Source: a virus
IMG/VR virus record: IMGVR_UViG_3300045988_163070
Strand: one strand, 5' to 3'
Length of the DNA: 64,000 nt
Numbering within the stretch: the first letter of the stretch is position 1; every line of letters starts with the position of its first letter. The translations under genes were made by a program, and so were the position numbers. Below are positions 27,851 to 35,858 of the stretch, one piece after another. The notes beneath the pieces were generated by a model. That model ran no database searches. It was given only the letters and a program-made list of their open reading frames with translations, and was not told where the DNA came from.

Positions 27851-27943
27851 GAGGAAAGATATACTATCCTCACGAACCGTACACCTTGAATTAAAACACA
27901 AATACAAAACTACATGATACTATTAATCACCTTCATGGGTTTG

Positions 27944-28106
27944 CGAAGTAGAAAGGAGTCGAACCTCTAAACTTTGCAACAGGATTTTTCGTTTCAGTGT
28001 CTGATTGTGCATATGTGGGGATTTAATAGTTTGATTTTCCCACTCGTGATGCTATTCGTGCATTGTCACCACTGAAACTAAGCGTCTACCATTCCGCCAC
28101 TACTTC
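27944..28106 (-). ncRNA. tRNA-like RNA (tRNA-Leu-like D arm, T arm and 7-bp acceptor) carrying a ~70-nt insertion closed by a 9-bp helix where the anticodon arm should be
   Basis: Acceptor GAAGTAG/CTACTTC, D region GGCGGAATGGTAGACGC, T arm AGAGG-TTCGACT-CCTTT. Helix GTTTCAGTG (28070-28078) pairs with CACTGAAAC (27991-27999). I could not fold a 5-7-5 anticodon arm. Confidence 0.45.
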
Positions 28107-28192
28107 ATTTCGTTGCCAGCCGCTGCTGGCAACTTTGATTGATTTGATTAAAATATTAACCTTTGATTGATTTCACCCTCACGGGCTACTTG

Positions 28193-28324
28193 TGCCAAGA
28201 GACGGATTCGAACCGCCGACCTCTGCTTGTGGTGCTCTCCCGTTGAGCTAAGAGTATTTCTTGAGAGACTCGAACTCCCAACCTTCCACCACACACAGCG
28301 CTCTATCCACTGAGCTATCCAAGC
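28193..28324 (-). ncRNA. composite double tRNA-like element: two D arms and two T arms, no complete anticodon arm, halves joined by a 12-position helix
   Basis: 5-prime unit: GCTTGGA-TA-GCTCAGTGGATAGAGC...GGGAG-TTCGAGT-CTCTC. 3-prime unit: GCTCAACGGGAGAGC...GGCGG-TTCGAAT-CCGTC-TCTTGGC. CTGTGTGTGGTG (28287-28298) pairs with CACCACAAGCAG (28223-28234) at 11 of 12 positions. The outermost ends pair at 6 of 7 positions. Confidence 0.45.
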
Positions 28325-28391
28325 AAATGCCCGGATTTTTATTCCGGGCTAATCTAATCACAAACGTTAAAATCATCCTCACGGACTTTCG

Positions 28392-28503
28392 TGCAAGTCC
28401 CGGCATCGAACCGAGAAGAAAGCCACTTTCCAGAAAACTAACACCTAAACAAAAACTATATGGCAAACGACCTATTATAAAACTGGAAAGCCCTTATCTT
28501 GCA
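28392..28503 (-). ncRNA. tRNA-like minihelix RNA (acceptor plus T arm) with an internal 8-bp helix and no recognisable D or anticodon arm
   Basis: T arm CTCGG-TTCGATG-CCGGG. TGCAAG (28498-28503) pairs with CTTGCA (28392-28397). Helix CTTTCCAG/CTGGAAAG (28483-28490 with 28426-28433) encloses 49 nt. Confidence 0.35.
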
Positions 28504-28513
28504 TCCTTGAATA

Positions 28514-28699
28514 CTATTCCTTTTTAGAAATTTTCTCCTCGTATACACCTCGGAACACATACATAAGAAATACCATTATAATAATGATCACAGAAGCTGT
28601 ATACTCTTTATAACTGGCATTTATGCCATCCCCTAACCAAATTGCCGCCCAAATGCCAACAATAGAAACTACATTTTGAGAAATTCTTAATGCTTTCAT
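28514..28699 (-). CDS. small membrane protein
   Basis: 61 aa with two hydrophobic segments (VVSIVGIWAAIWLG, SVIIIIMVFLMYVF). Confidence 0.35.
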   Translation of the reverse strand: MKALRISQNVVSIVGIWAAIWLGDGINASYKEYTASVIIIIMVFLMYVFRGVYEEKISKKE

Positions 28700-29010
28700 C
28701 TCTTAGATTTTTTGCTACGTTTACTTTTCTTGTTTGAGCACTTGCAATGCAGCAACACCTGAGCTGCATTGCAACGCCACTTCCCATTTTGTTTATTGAC
28801 AGGTTTATCGCTATCAATTTTACCTGCCTCAATAAGACTGATCAACTTCTTTTCACCCCCTACTATATATGCTGATTTATCTTTTCCAAATGCCTCTGAT
28901 GACATTATACGGAGTATATTATCAAGCAAAATCATAGCCATTCCAGGTGTGATAATATATCCGCGAAGAATGGATATATTATCGCTTTCTTGTAACAGTG
29001 ACGATCCCAT
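28696..29010 (-). CDS. hypothetical protein
   Basis: 104-aa ORF with a basic C-terminal tail; 4-nt overlap with the downstream ORF. Confidence 0.4.
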   Translation of the reverse strand: MGSSLLQESDNISILRGYIITPGMAMILLDNILRIMSSEAFGKDKSAYIVGGEKKLISLIEAGKIDSDKPVNKQNGKWRCNAAQVLLHCKCSNKKSKRSKKSKR

Positions 29011-29176
29011 TATTTTGATCTGATTTAATTCCCCACTTTTTGTCCGGCTCTTTATCCTTCAATCTATATGATATCAGATTGAGTATGTAGGCACGGCTGG
29101 AAATAGGGAAAATTACTTCTGCATCTTTCTCCATTTCACGGATGATGCACATAATACTTTTCTTTTTTTCTTCCAT
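28979..29176 (-). CDS. hypothetical small protein
   Basis: 65-aa ORF, first of three small minus-strand ORFs. Confidence 0.3.
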   Translation of the reverse strand: MEEKKKSIMCIIREMEKDAEVIFPISSRAYILNLISYRLKDKEPDKKWGIKSDQNNGIVTVTRKR

Positions 29177-29286
29177 ATTGATTATTAATTGATTAATAGT
29201 TTCCTCCGATTCAAGACTATTCGCTAATGACCAAGAACCGGAGGATTTTCTTATTTTTGAAGTGTCTAATTAAAAAAATAAGAAAT

Positions 29287-29684
29287 ATGAATAATGAAGA
29301 AAAAGTAGTTTCAAACTACAAAGAAACTTTAGAGAAAAAATTGAATGGACTTTCAGACTCCAAAGTAATCTACTGACAATTGCATCCGCTACTTTCGCTG
29401 TACTGGTTTCTTTAAGCAATCTTTCAACAAACAACGATTGCAGTCGAATTTTACTATTGGTGGTAGTATGTTCAAACGCACTATCCATCCTTTTTTCGTG
29501 TATAACCATATACGAGAATCGAGCAATGAGCAACGTGATGATACGCAACGCTCAAAAACAGGTAGAAGAATATATCCTCTATAGCTTATACAATTCCAAA
29601 ATGACCGCAACGCCAGCCGTACCACGCAAGAAGTTCTTCGTAGCTTGTGAATCAATTTCTTACATTTCATTTTTACACCTTTGA
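29287..29684 (+). pseudogene. frameshifted small membrane-protein gene (or sequencing error)
   Basis: ATG 29287 gives MNNEEKVVSNYKETLEKKLNGLSDSKVIY then TGA. The -1 frame continues as ...LLTIASATFAVLVSLSNLSTNNDCSRILLLVVVCSNALSILFSCITIYENRAM... to the stop at 29684. Confidence 0.3.
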
Positions 29685-30307
29685 TTTATATTTATTCTAT
29701 TTTACACTAAAAAAAATCAGATTCAATATTTTCCAAAACGATTGCACTTAGTTGTTTCATCCAATTTCAATTGCTGCCGACGGAACTTATTTATCGCCCA
29801 TTTCTCAGTTTTTTAGAACGACAATATTTTTTGCCAATTGGACAGTAGTAGTAATGTCATATACCAGTTCCTGTATATGACTCTTTCATATCTTTATAAG
29901 AAAATTCATTTATCTCAGCCGAATAGACTGGCTGCAACAACTGAAAGATGAAATCGGTGAACCAATCATACGAACATCCGATCTTTAGAATAAACAAGTG
30001 GAATTTATCGGGCAGGAAGAGATCTTCGACACACCGACTGTCTTCATAGAGCTCATACCCCTGAAATTGAGCAGCCACGAGGAGTTGGTAGAGGATATCT
30101 CCGACTATATCTACCTGGCAACAGAAAATATCAAAACAGAGTGAGCTGCGCCTGCGATTCTTGTTGCTGACGGATGACACCAGGCTCGGTGCTGACGTTG
30201 ATCAGGGTGTAAGATGTCTTTTCGCCAATAGAGTATTTGGGCAAAATATAGCGGTGAAGTATTTCACGGTTACTCAAACCGTCTCTGGCGTGTTCGTCAT
30301 AGGTGCA

Positions 30308-30347
30308 TTACAAAATAAATACCCTCAATGAAAATCCAATTGAGGGT
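30308..30347 (-). terminator. intrinsic terminator after the 32.5-30.4 kb cassette
   Basis: 9-bp hairpin ACCCTCAAT...ATTGAGGGT (30321-30347), followed on the minus strand by atttattttgt. Confidence 0.6.
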
Positions 30348-30399
30348 ATCTATATGCATTTATTTATTATAAAAAATAGCAATAATATATTATCCTAAT

Positions 30400-30975
30400 T
30401 TACATTTCCAAATCATGATCATTATTTTTATCTTTCTCACTTACAATGGAATTGAAAGATTCTATATACATCTCATCATCTGATAGGGTAATATATCCAT
30501 GTTTTATATTCTGTTCAATATACAAATTGTCCTTTTCAGTATTTGTAAACATAGACATAAAATTTACATCATCACGAAACCAATATCTTTTAGCTTCATA
30601 ATCCATTCCAAAAAGTGTTATCAGATTTCTACTACTTTGAGCCAATATCTTTGAACGTGCTTCTTCGTCTGCCCTACTTGCATCGGCAATATCATTAAGA
30701 GCCTTCCCAAAACTGTGTATAAATTTTTTACGCACCCTTCCATCTTTAAAGGCTTTTTGTATTTCATGTACAATAGAAATAGTATTTCCTTTAATCCATT
30801 TTATAGTACCCTCATGATCAAGCGGTAGAGTAAATTCTGCTCCCTTATACCTTTTATCATTCATAATTTTATGAATATGAAAACCCTTTCCCCATTTTAT
30901 CTCCTCTCTTGTACCGCTTTTATGATTATCTATTCTAACAGTCTGTTTTTTCAAAATAGTTGCCAGTGTTTTCAT
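30400..30975 (-). CDS. hypothetical protein (third gene of accessory cassette)
   Basis: 191-aa ORF; no motif recognised; 91-nt gap from the upstream membrane-protein gene. Confidence 0.5.
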   Translation of the reverse strand: MKTLATILKKQTVRIDNHKSGTREEIKWGKGFHIHKIMNDKRYKGAEFTLPLDHEGTIKWIKGNTISIVHEIQKAFKDGRVRKKFIHSFGKALNDIADASRADEEARSKILAQSSRNLITLFGMDYEAKRYWFRDDVNFMSMFTNTEKDNLYIEQNIKHGYITLSDDEMYIESFNSIVSEKDKNNDHDLEM

Positions 30976-31066
30976 TATATAATTTTTTTAGTTGATAACA
31001 GAGAAACAATAAATTTATGATACATACAATTTTTATTATTCCGTATTAAAGTCAAAAATGTAAATG

Positions 31067-31630
31067 TTATGTATTTGAATCTTCCTTTTTTTCTTTGATA
31101 TCTGTATTAATAGTAAAAGATGCGAAATTATAAATACTGATTGCTATATCCTTCATTATCCATATTGAAAATAAAATGAAATATAGCGAAATGACTAAAA
31201 GCAATGCGTTGATAATACTAAGCGGTATTATATGAAACGGCATATTCACAGTCCCTATACTATTTACTATCAGAAGATAAAGAACCCCAAAACAAATAAT
31301 CTTTATTGCAGCCGCAAAAGATGAGTTCAGCCCATTTAATAACTTATTTCCCTTTGCATTATGTTTCATCTTTTCACAAATTGGGGACCAGTACATAGAC
31401 ATTAATATAGCATAAGCAGCCAAAAGGATTGACAGCATTACAGGAACCACACTCAATCCAATCGTGATAACCTTAAACAGTTCAACAAGCATATCTTTCT
31501 CCCCTAAGTAGCTAATAACAGTTATAGTAACTGCTGCTAATACGGGAAAAATTGAATCTTTAATCAAATCATAATTCGTGTATGATCTGAACACCGAGTC
31601 CCAGCCAAATATTGAGTGTTTCTTTTCCAT
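31067..31630 (-). CDS. multi-pass membrane protein (candidate effector)
   Basis: 187 aa with 4-5 hydrophobic helices (FPVLAAVTITVISYL, ITIGLSVVPVMLSILLAAYAILM, FAAAIKIICFGVLYLLIV, IIPLSIINALLLVISLYFILFSIWIM). Starts 2 nt after the upstream gene. Confidence 0.6.
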   Translation of the reverse strand: MEKKHSIFGWDSVFRSYTNYDLIKDSIFPVLAAVTITVISYLGEKDMLVELFKVITIGLSVVPVMLSILLAAYAILMSMYWSPICEKMKHNAKGNKLLNGLNSSFAAAIKIICFGVLYLLIVNSIGTVNMPFHIIPLSIINALLLVISLYFILFSIWIMKDIAISIYNFASFTINTDIKEKKEDSNT

Positions 31631-31632
31631 TT

Positions 31633-32532
31633 TTATTCTGAACCTTTATATCTTGTAACAACTTCGTTATATACAGCCATATATATACTACCGATGCTAC
31701 TGAATCCAACTTTTATCTTTTCAATGTAATTCTCGGTGCGTATTCTATGATTTTTCCTTTTGGGTTTACTTCCTTTTTTCTTTCCTGGTATTAATTGGTA
31801 ACCAGTGATTTCAGCAGCCCCATTCCCCATTTTGGTTACAAGGTTAATTAAGGAATCAACCATTCCTCCTTCAGTTAAATTTAGATCTTCATTTTCTGCT
31901 GATGATACATCCATATTTATCAATGCGATATTACCTTCTTTGGCCAAATCACTAAACGTTTCTTCAAACCCTTCTATATCATCCTTATTTCCGTAATTAA
32001 TAGTTAGCTTAACGCGGTTAACATTGAGTTCCTTATACGCTTCTGTTATCTCATCTTTTGATGTAACGAAGTTAGAATGAACTTGTTCTGGTCCTAATAT
32101 CTTAGTTGAAGCAGCATCAATATATTTTTTTATATTCTGAATTGTAACTTCACTGCCAGATAGCAAACATAATTTATGTACTTCTGGGATAAAATAGAAT
32201 GTTGCTTTCTTTGTATTAGCATACAAATCTTCTTCACTCTCTCTACTTTCTATTTTTTTACTTTTTTGATTGAACCATGCATTATCTCTAATACCTATAT
32301 AAGTAACAATAGTTCCTTCATACATGTTCAAAGTAGCAAGTTTTTCAAACCTCAGCAGCTCAATATAATTATCTCCTCTTAATGGTATCACAAAATCCAA
32401 ATATGCCATTTTATTAAATAACTCCACATAAGAATCAGGAGCTTGATTATGTAACAAAACAATATTCAATAATTGCATTGTTCTCCATTGATGTTTTTCA
32501 GCAGTTTTAAACTGTCTAAATTTTGTTTTCAT
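31633..32532 (-). CDS. hypothetical 299-aa soluble protein (candidate sensor partner of the membrane protein)
   Basis: Long ORF with its own promoter and a structured leader; no motif I can name with confidence. Confidence 0.6.
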   Translation of the reverse strand: MKTKFRQFKTAEKHQWRTMQLLNIVLLHNQAPDSYVELFNKMAYLDFVIPLRGDNYIELLRFEKLATLNMYEGTIVTYIGIRDNAWFNQKSKKIESRESEEDLYANTKKATFYFIPEVHKLCLLSGSEVTIQNIKKYIDAASTKILGPEQVHSNFVTSKDEITEAYKELNVNRVKLTINYGNKDDIEGFEETFSDLAKEGNIALINMDVSSAENEDLNLTEGGMVDSLINLVTKMGNGAAEITGYQLIPGKKKGSKPKRKNHRIRTENYIEKIKVGFSSIGSIYMAVYNEVVTRYKGSE

Positions 32533-32546
32533 AATTCTTAGATATT

Positions 32547-32645
32547 CATGCAGAGTGCGCCCACAGCCGTTATAAAGCTGAAACCGATTTTACGATTTAC
32601 ACTCTACATGAATAGATTATAACATTATTGGGCATCGCAAATATA
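32547..32645 (-). promoter_or_regulatory. TATATTTG -7 box plus structured 5-prime leader of the 299-aa gene
   Basis: Minus-strand TATATTTG (plus caaatata 32638-32645). An 11-bp leader helix forms between CATGTAGAGTG (32600-32610) and CACTCTGCATG (32547-32557), with one G-U pair, enclosing about 40 nt. Confidence 0.45.
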
Positions 32646-32758
32646 TGAATTTCCAATAACTATGAACTATTTTTTACTTAAAATATACTTTCTCCATTTA
32701 TTTTCTTTCTGTATTAATTTGACGATTTACGCAATTCACAAAATTTTCATTTAACTTG

Positions 32759-32833
32759 AAGTGATGGGCGGACTCGAACCGCCGACCTCATGCATATTAA
32801 GACATGCGCTCTAACCAACTGAGCTACACCACC
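32759..32833 (-). tRNA. tRNA with an apparent 8-nt anticodon loop (CUUAAUAU); identity undetermined
   Basis: GGTGGTG-TA-GCTCAGTTGGTTAGAGC-G-CATGT-CTTAATAT-GCATG-AGGTC-GGCGG-TTCGAGT-CCGCC-CATCACT. All four stems pair, but the best anticodon stem leaves 8 loop nucleotides. Confidence 0.7.
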
Positions 32834-33137
32834 TGCTATATCTACTTTTTTTTAACTCACATAACTCTTAAAGCAAATACCACGATTTGCCGACATAAAT
32901 ATGCCTAACTGTTTTATTTTTACAACGATATGGTTCTGACCTTTAACCACAGCATTATATCGTTGTCAAGTTGTGCCTATTTACGTAGTCCGCTTTCAGC
33001 AGAGGATAACTTGCAACCTCTATTTTTACCAATATGTCAAAGAACTCTTCTCTGTGTTCCCAGCCTCCCTTCAAGGGCAGGCTCACTGGCCGGGCTGGGT
33101 GCCGGTTAACCGGCTATCTTGGTTTGACTTAGTGAGG

Positions 33138-33377
33138 TCAATCTTTGCCCATTCGTGCAAGCATCCGATCACATAGTTTGTAGTTGCGTTCTAAATAGGC
33201 TTCCTGAGAATTCAAATCTCTATCAAACAGTTCCTCTGATATCGCTTTTAATTTTTCAATGATCTCTATCCGTCTTTCCTCACTGTCATCAAAGCTCAAG
33301 ATATCAGCCAGCCCCTCAACTACACCGGAAATGGATGCAAGGCTCATGCCTTTTAATCTATTTGTGAATTCTTCCAT
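33138..33377 (-). CDS. hypothetical protein
   Basis: 79-aa acidic helical ORF downstream of the Cro-position gene. Confidence 0.4.
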   Translation of the reverse strand: MEEFTNRLKGMSLASISGVVEGLADILSFDDSEERRIEIIEKLKAISEELFDRDLNSQEAYLERNYKLCDRMLARMGKD

Positions 33378-33398
33378 GATTGATTTGATTTTGATTGA

Positions 33399-33719
33399 TT
33401 ACTTTGTCACATACCCCATTGCAAGATTTCCGCAAGGATCACTGTACAGGCTTGAAAGAGATAAATTCTTCTTTGGAAAAATAGATGTAGTACTTTCGCG
33501 AAATCTTATCTCTGCCTTATATTCATCCATTTTCAAGTGAGCATCTATCCAAGCTGTTTTAAGAGCAGACTTAAAAGAATAGCCGTAATTGCGAACATAG
33601 ACCCAAGTTCTTTGGATGATAGCTCTAAAATTATACTTACCATCAACGATAAGCCTATAATCTCTTTTCTTAGAGTTACTTTTCTCTGTTTTCGGTTGGA
33701 TACTTGCTTTTTTATTCAT
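33399..33719 (-). CDS. hypothetical protein in Cro/antirepressor position
   Basis: 106-aa ORF divergent from the CI-like repressor across an operator-bearing 108-nt region. Confidence 0.45.
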   Translation of the reverse strand: MNKKASIQPKTEKSNSKKRDYRLIVDGKYNFRAIIQRTWVYVRNYGYSFKSALKTAWIDAHLKMDEYKAEIRFRESTTSIFPKKNLSLSSLYSDPCGNLAMGYVTK

Positions 33720-33753
33720 ACTTTTGGAGTATTGATTGATTGATGATGCAAAT

Positions 33754-33816
33754 ATAAACGCATTTACGTTAATATCAAAACGTAAAGCCTAAATTAATAA
33801 ACGCATTTACGTTAAT
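33754..33816. promoter_or_regulatory. two identical 20-bp operator-like repeats in the divergent repressor control region
   Basis: ataaacgcatttacgttaat at 33754-33773 and 33797-33816 (43-bp period). Each contains the inverted repeat AACG-N6-CGTT. Confidence 0.6.
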
Positions 33817-33827
33817 TAACTTTTTGA

Positions 33828-34229
33828 TTGATTATGAATGATGCAAGTTTGAATGGGAAGATCAGGGAAATTATCTCTTACTATAAGCTGTCTGACAGAC
33901 AGTTCGCTATTAAAATTGGGGTAACACAATCCGTTATTGGTTCTATGTTTCAAAAAAACACTGAACCTTCAGCTAAAGTAATTAAACTAACGCTAAACGT
34001 ATTTACGAACATATCTTCTGAATGGTTACTTCGCGATAAAGGCCCTATGTTAATTTCAGATATCAAATCCGATCCAAACATTGAACGCATGGAGCGTTTA
34101 GTAGATACGATAGCCACCCTTCAAGGTACAATCAACGAACAGATGAAGACTAATCAATTGCTCACTGAGGAACTTAGAAAGGCAAAGGGAGAATTAGCAA
34201 TGTTGAAGAATGAACGTAATGCAGGATAA
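33828..34229 (+). CDS. CI-like XRE-family HTH repressor with C-terminal coiled coil
   Basis: IREIISYYKLSDRQFAIKIGVTQSVIGSMFQKNTEPSAKVI...SSEWLLRDKGPM matches the phage CI HTH pattern. Divergent arrangement beside the integrase module. Confidence 0.75.
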   Translation: MIMNDASLNGKIREIISYYKLSDRQFAIKIGVTQSVIGSMFQKNTEPSAKVIKLTLNVFTNISSEWLLRDKGPMLISDIKSDPNIERMERLVDTIATLQGTINEQMKTNQLLTEELRKAKGELAMLKNERNAG

Positions 34230-34250
34230 TCATATTGACTACATACAAAC

Positions 34251-34763
34251 ATGAAAAAAAGCTTATTATTTATTTTAGCATTTTTGCCAGTAATCTGTTT
34301 TGCTCAAAAAGTAAATACACAGATTGACGATTTTACAGGAGAAAAAGTAATTACTACCTCATGGGAAAAAATATATTCCGGCGGCGCAACTGGTAAAAAT
34401 CAAACACGCATAAGATTTAGGCACGAAGATGGTACAGACTTCATTGAATTTCGTATTTTCACTGATTGCGTAGCATCATATGATAAAGGAAAGGAAATTC
34501 TATTAAAGACGAATAGTGGTATTATAAAAGTCTATAATCTCGAATATACACTTACGAAACCAGGAGACTGGAATCCCAATGGAATTAATGACAAACTCGG
34601 AATCTATTTAACCTGCTCAAGTAACGAACTTAATAAACTCTCCAACGAAAGTGTCACAAAGATGCGAATTATGTTAAGTGATGGATATAGAGATATAGCT
34701 TTGAAGGGGAAAGATTCATCTAAACTACAAGAGTTATACAATCAATTCAATAAAGCTAAATAA
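34251..34763 (+). CDS. secreted protein (signal peptide), prophage moron candidate
   Basis: N-terminus MKKSLLFILAFLPVICFAQK is a typical signal peptide. Co-oriented with the repressor. Confidence 0.6.
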   Translation: MKKSLLFILAFLPVICFAQKVNTQIDDFTGEKVITTSWEKIYSGGATGKNQTRIRFRHEDGTDFIEFRIFTDCVASYDKGKEILLKTNSGIIKVYNLEYTLTKPGDWNPNGINDKLGIYLTCSSNELNKLSNESVTKMRIMLSDGYRDIALKGKDSSKLQELYNQFNKAK

Positions 34764-35034
34764 CAACATTGAAATGGAACTTAAATAATTAGCAAATAGT
34801 ACTAAATTCATGGTTACTGGAAATAATATGACAGTATATGATTTAGAATATAGACTATATAATACCAAATTGGAATGAAACTGCAAAAGCTTGATAGTAC
34901 GTAAGAATTTAAATGGTCAAACCATAAAAATGAAATCTCCAAACCAAATTTAAGATTTGATCAAGCAAAAGCAAATATCAACAATATTTCTTATATAAAC
35001 AGATATTTTTCAATTTATTTAATTAAGAAGTAAT

Positions 35035-35502
35035 ATGACATATTTTAGAGAAGCCAAACCTGTTGATAATAAAGTTTATCCACTAACTATTACAGCAGAA
35101 GAAAAAGACAAAATATTAAATGCAATATTAGCTGCAGCTAATGGTAGTGCAACTGCCAATATTGATTATGATGATATCTCAAACATTGAAATTAGTAAGG
35201 ATCAATACGAAATGGTACTGAAAGAGTTCAAGAAGAAAGGACTAATTGATTATATAGGATATGGTACTGAGAACCTTACGATAAATTCTGAAATTTCAAA
35301 TTTCGCAGAAAAAGGTGGTTTTACAGTTGAAAGAGATTTATATACAATCAACTTTGATGTACTTGAATTGCAACTTAAGCGATTAGAGAAAGAATTGAGT
35401 CCAGATACGACTGCAAAAGTTAATAGCGTTATCAAAAAAGCTAAAAACATAACCGAACTCATAGCTGGACTCGCAACTTTAGTAGATAGAATAAACCTTT
35501 AA
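35035..35502 (+). CDS. hypothetical protein
   Basis: 155-aa ORF; no motif recognised. Confidence 0.5.
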   Translation: MTYFREAKPVDNKVYPLTITAEEKDKILNAILAAANGSATANIDYDDISNIEISKDQYEMVLKEFKKKGLIDYIGYGTENLTINSEISNFAEKGGFTVERDLYTINFDVLELQLKRLEKELSPDTTAKVNSVIKKAKNITELIAGLATLVDRINL

Positions 35503-35858
35503 GGTTTACCCCCTGTATCAACTAACAAGAATTCTAAGATAGAAGCAGCTTGGAGTAGATATGATGCATACAAGGTCGAATCAGCAGATGGATTATAACG
35601 GTATCTTCTCGTTTTAACGTTCTTGATTTCGACATAACCATTAGCCATTTCACTCGCTAAAATTTTTAAACTTGAAATTGTATCTTTCACGTCTTGATTA
35701 TAAGATGACCCTATACGTCTAACAGCGCAAGGGTTAACTTTTTCATCATTGGAAAAAATATAGGCTTTTTCCTCAGAAGATTCATTTTTATATATCCTTT
35801 TAAGGATACTCTTTAATAACGATTTCATAAATGCATTATTTGGTTTGACAATGCGCAA
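35499..35858 (-). CDS. hypothetical protein
   Basis: 119-aa ORF, convergent with and overlapping the previous ORF by 4 nt. Confidence 0.4.
   Translation of the reverse strand: MRIVKPNNAFMKSLLKSILKRIYKNESSEEKAYIFSNDEKVNPCAVRRIGSSYNQDVKDTISSLKILASEMANGYVEIKNVKTRRYRYNPSADSTLYASYLLQAASILEFLLVDTGGKP

Noticed and set aside
27944-28106. Group I intron inside the tRNA-Leu-like unit
   Set aside because: The insertion is only about 70 nt, far shorter than bacterial tRNA group I introns (a couple of hundred nt). I could not identify flanking anticodon-loop halves.
28248-28527. ORFs 28248-28466 (-) and 28261-28527 (+)
   Set aside because: They run through T-arm and D-arm sequences of the tRNA-like units. 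The region is better explained as structured RNA.
29857-30300. 107-aa minus-strand ORF (GTG start) and short plus-strand fragments such as ...EFIGQEEIFDTPTVFIELIPLKLSSHEELVEDISDYIYLATENIKTE
   Set aside because: Both strands are broken by stops, and the local composition is more GC-rich than the surroundings. This looks like a decayed gene remnant, and I cannot support a functional call on either strand.
32922-32966. 10-bp hairpin as an intrinsic terminator
   Set aside because: The T-run precedes rather than follows the hairpin on the plus strand, and an A-run follows it on the minus strand, so it fits neither orientation. It is kept only as part of the structured intergenic region.
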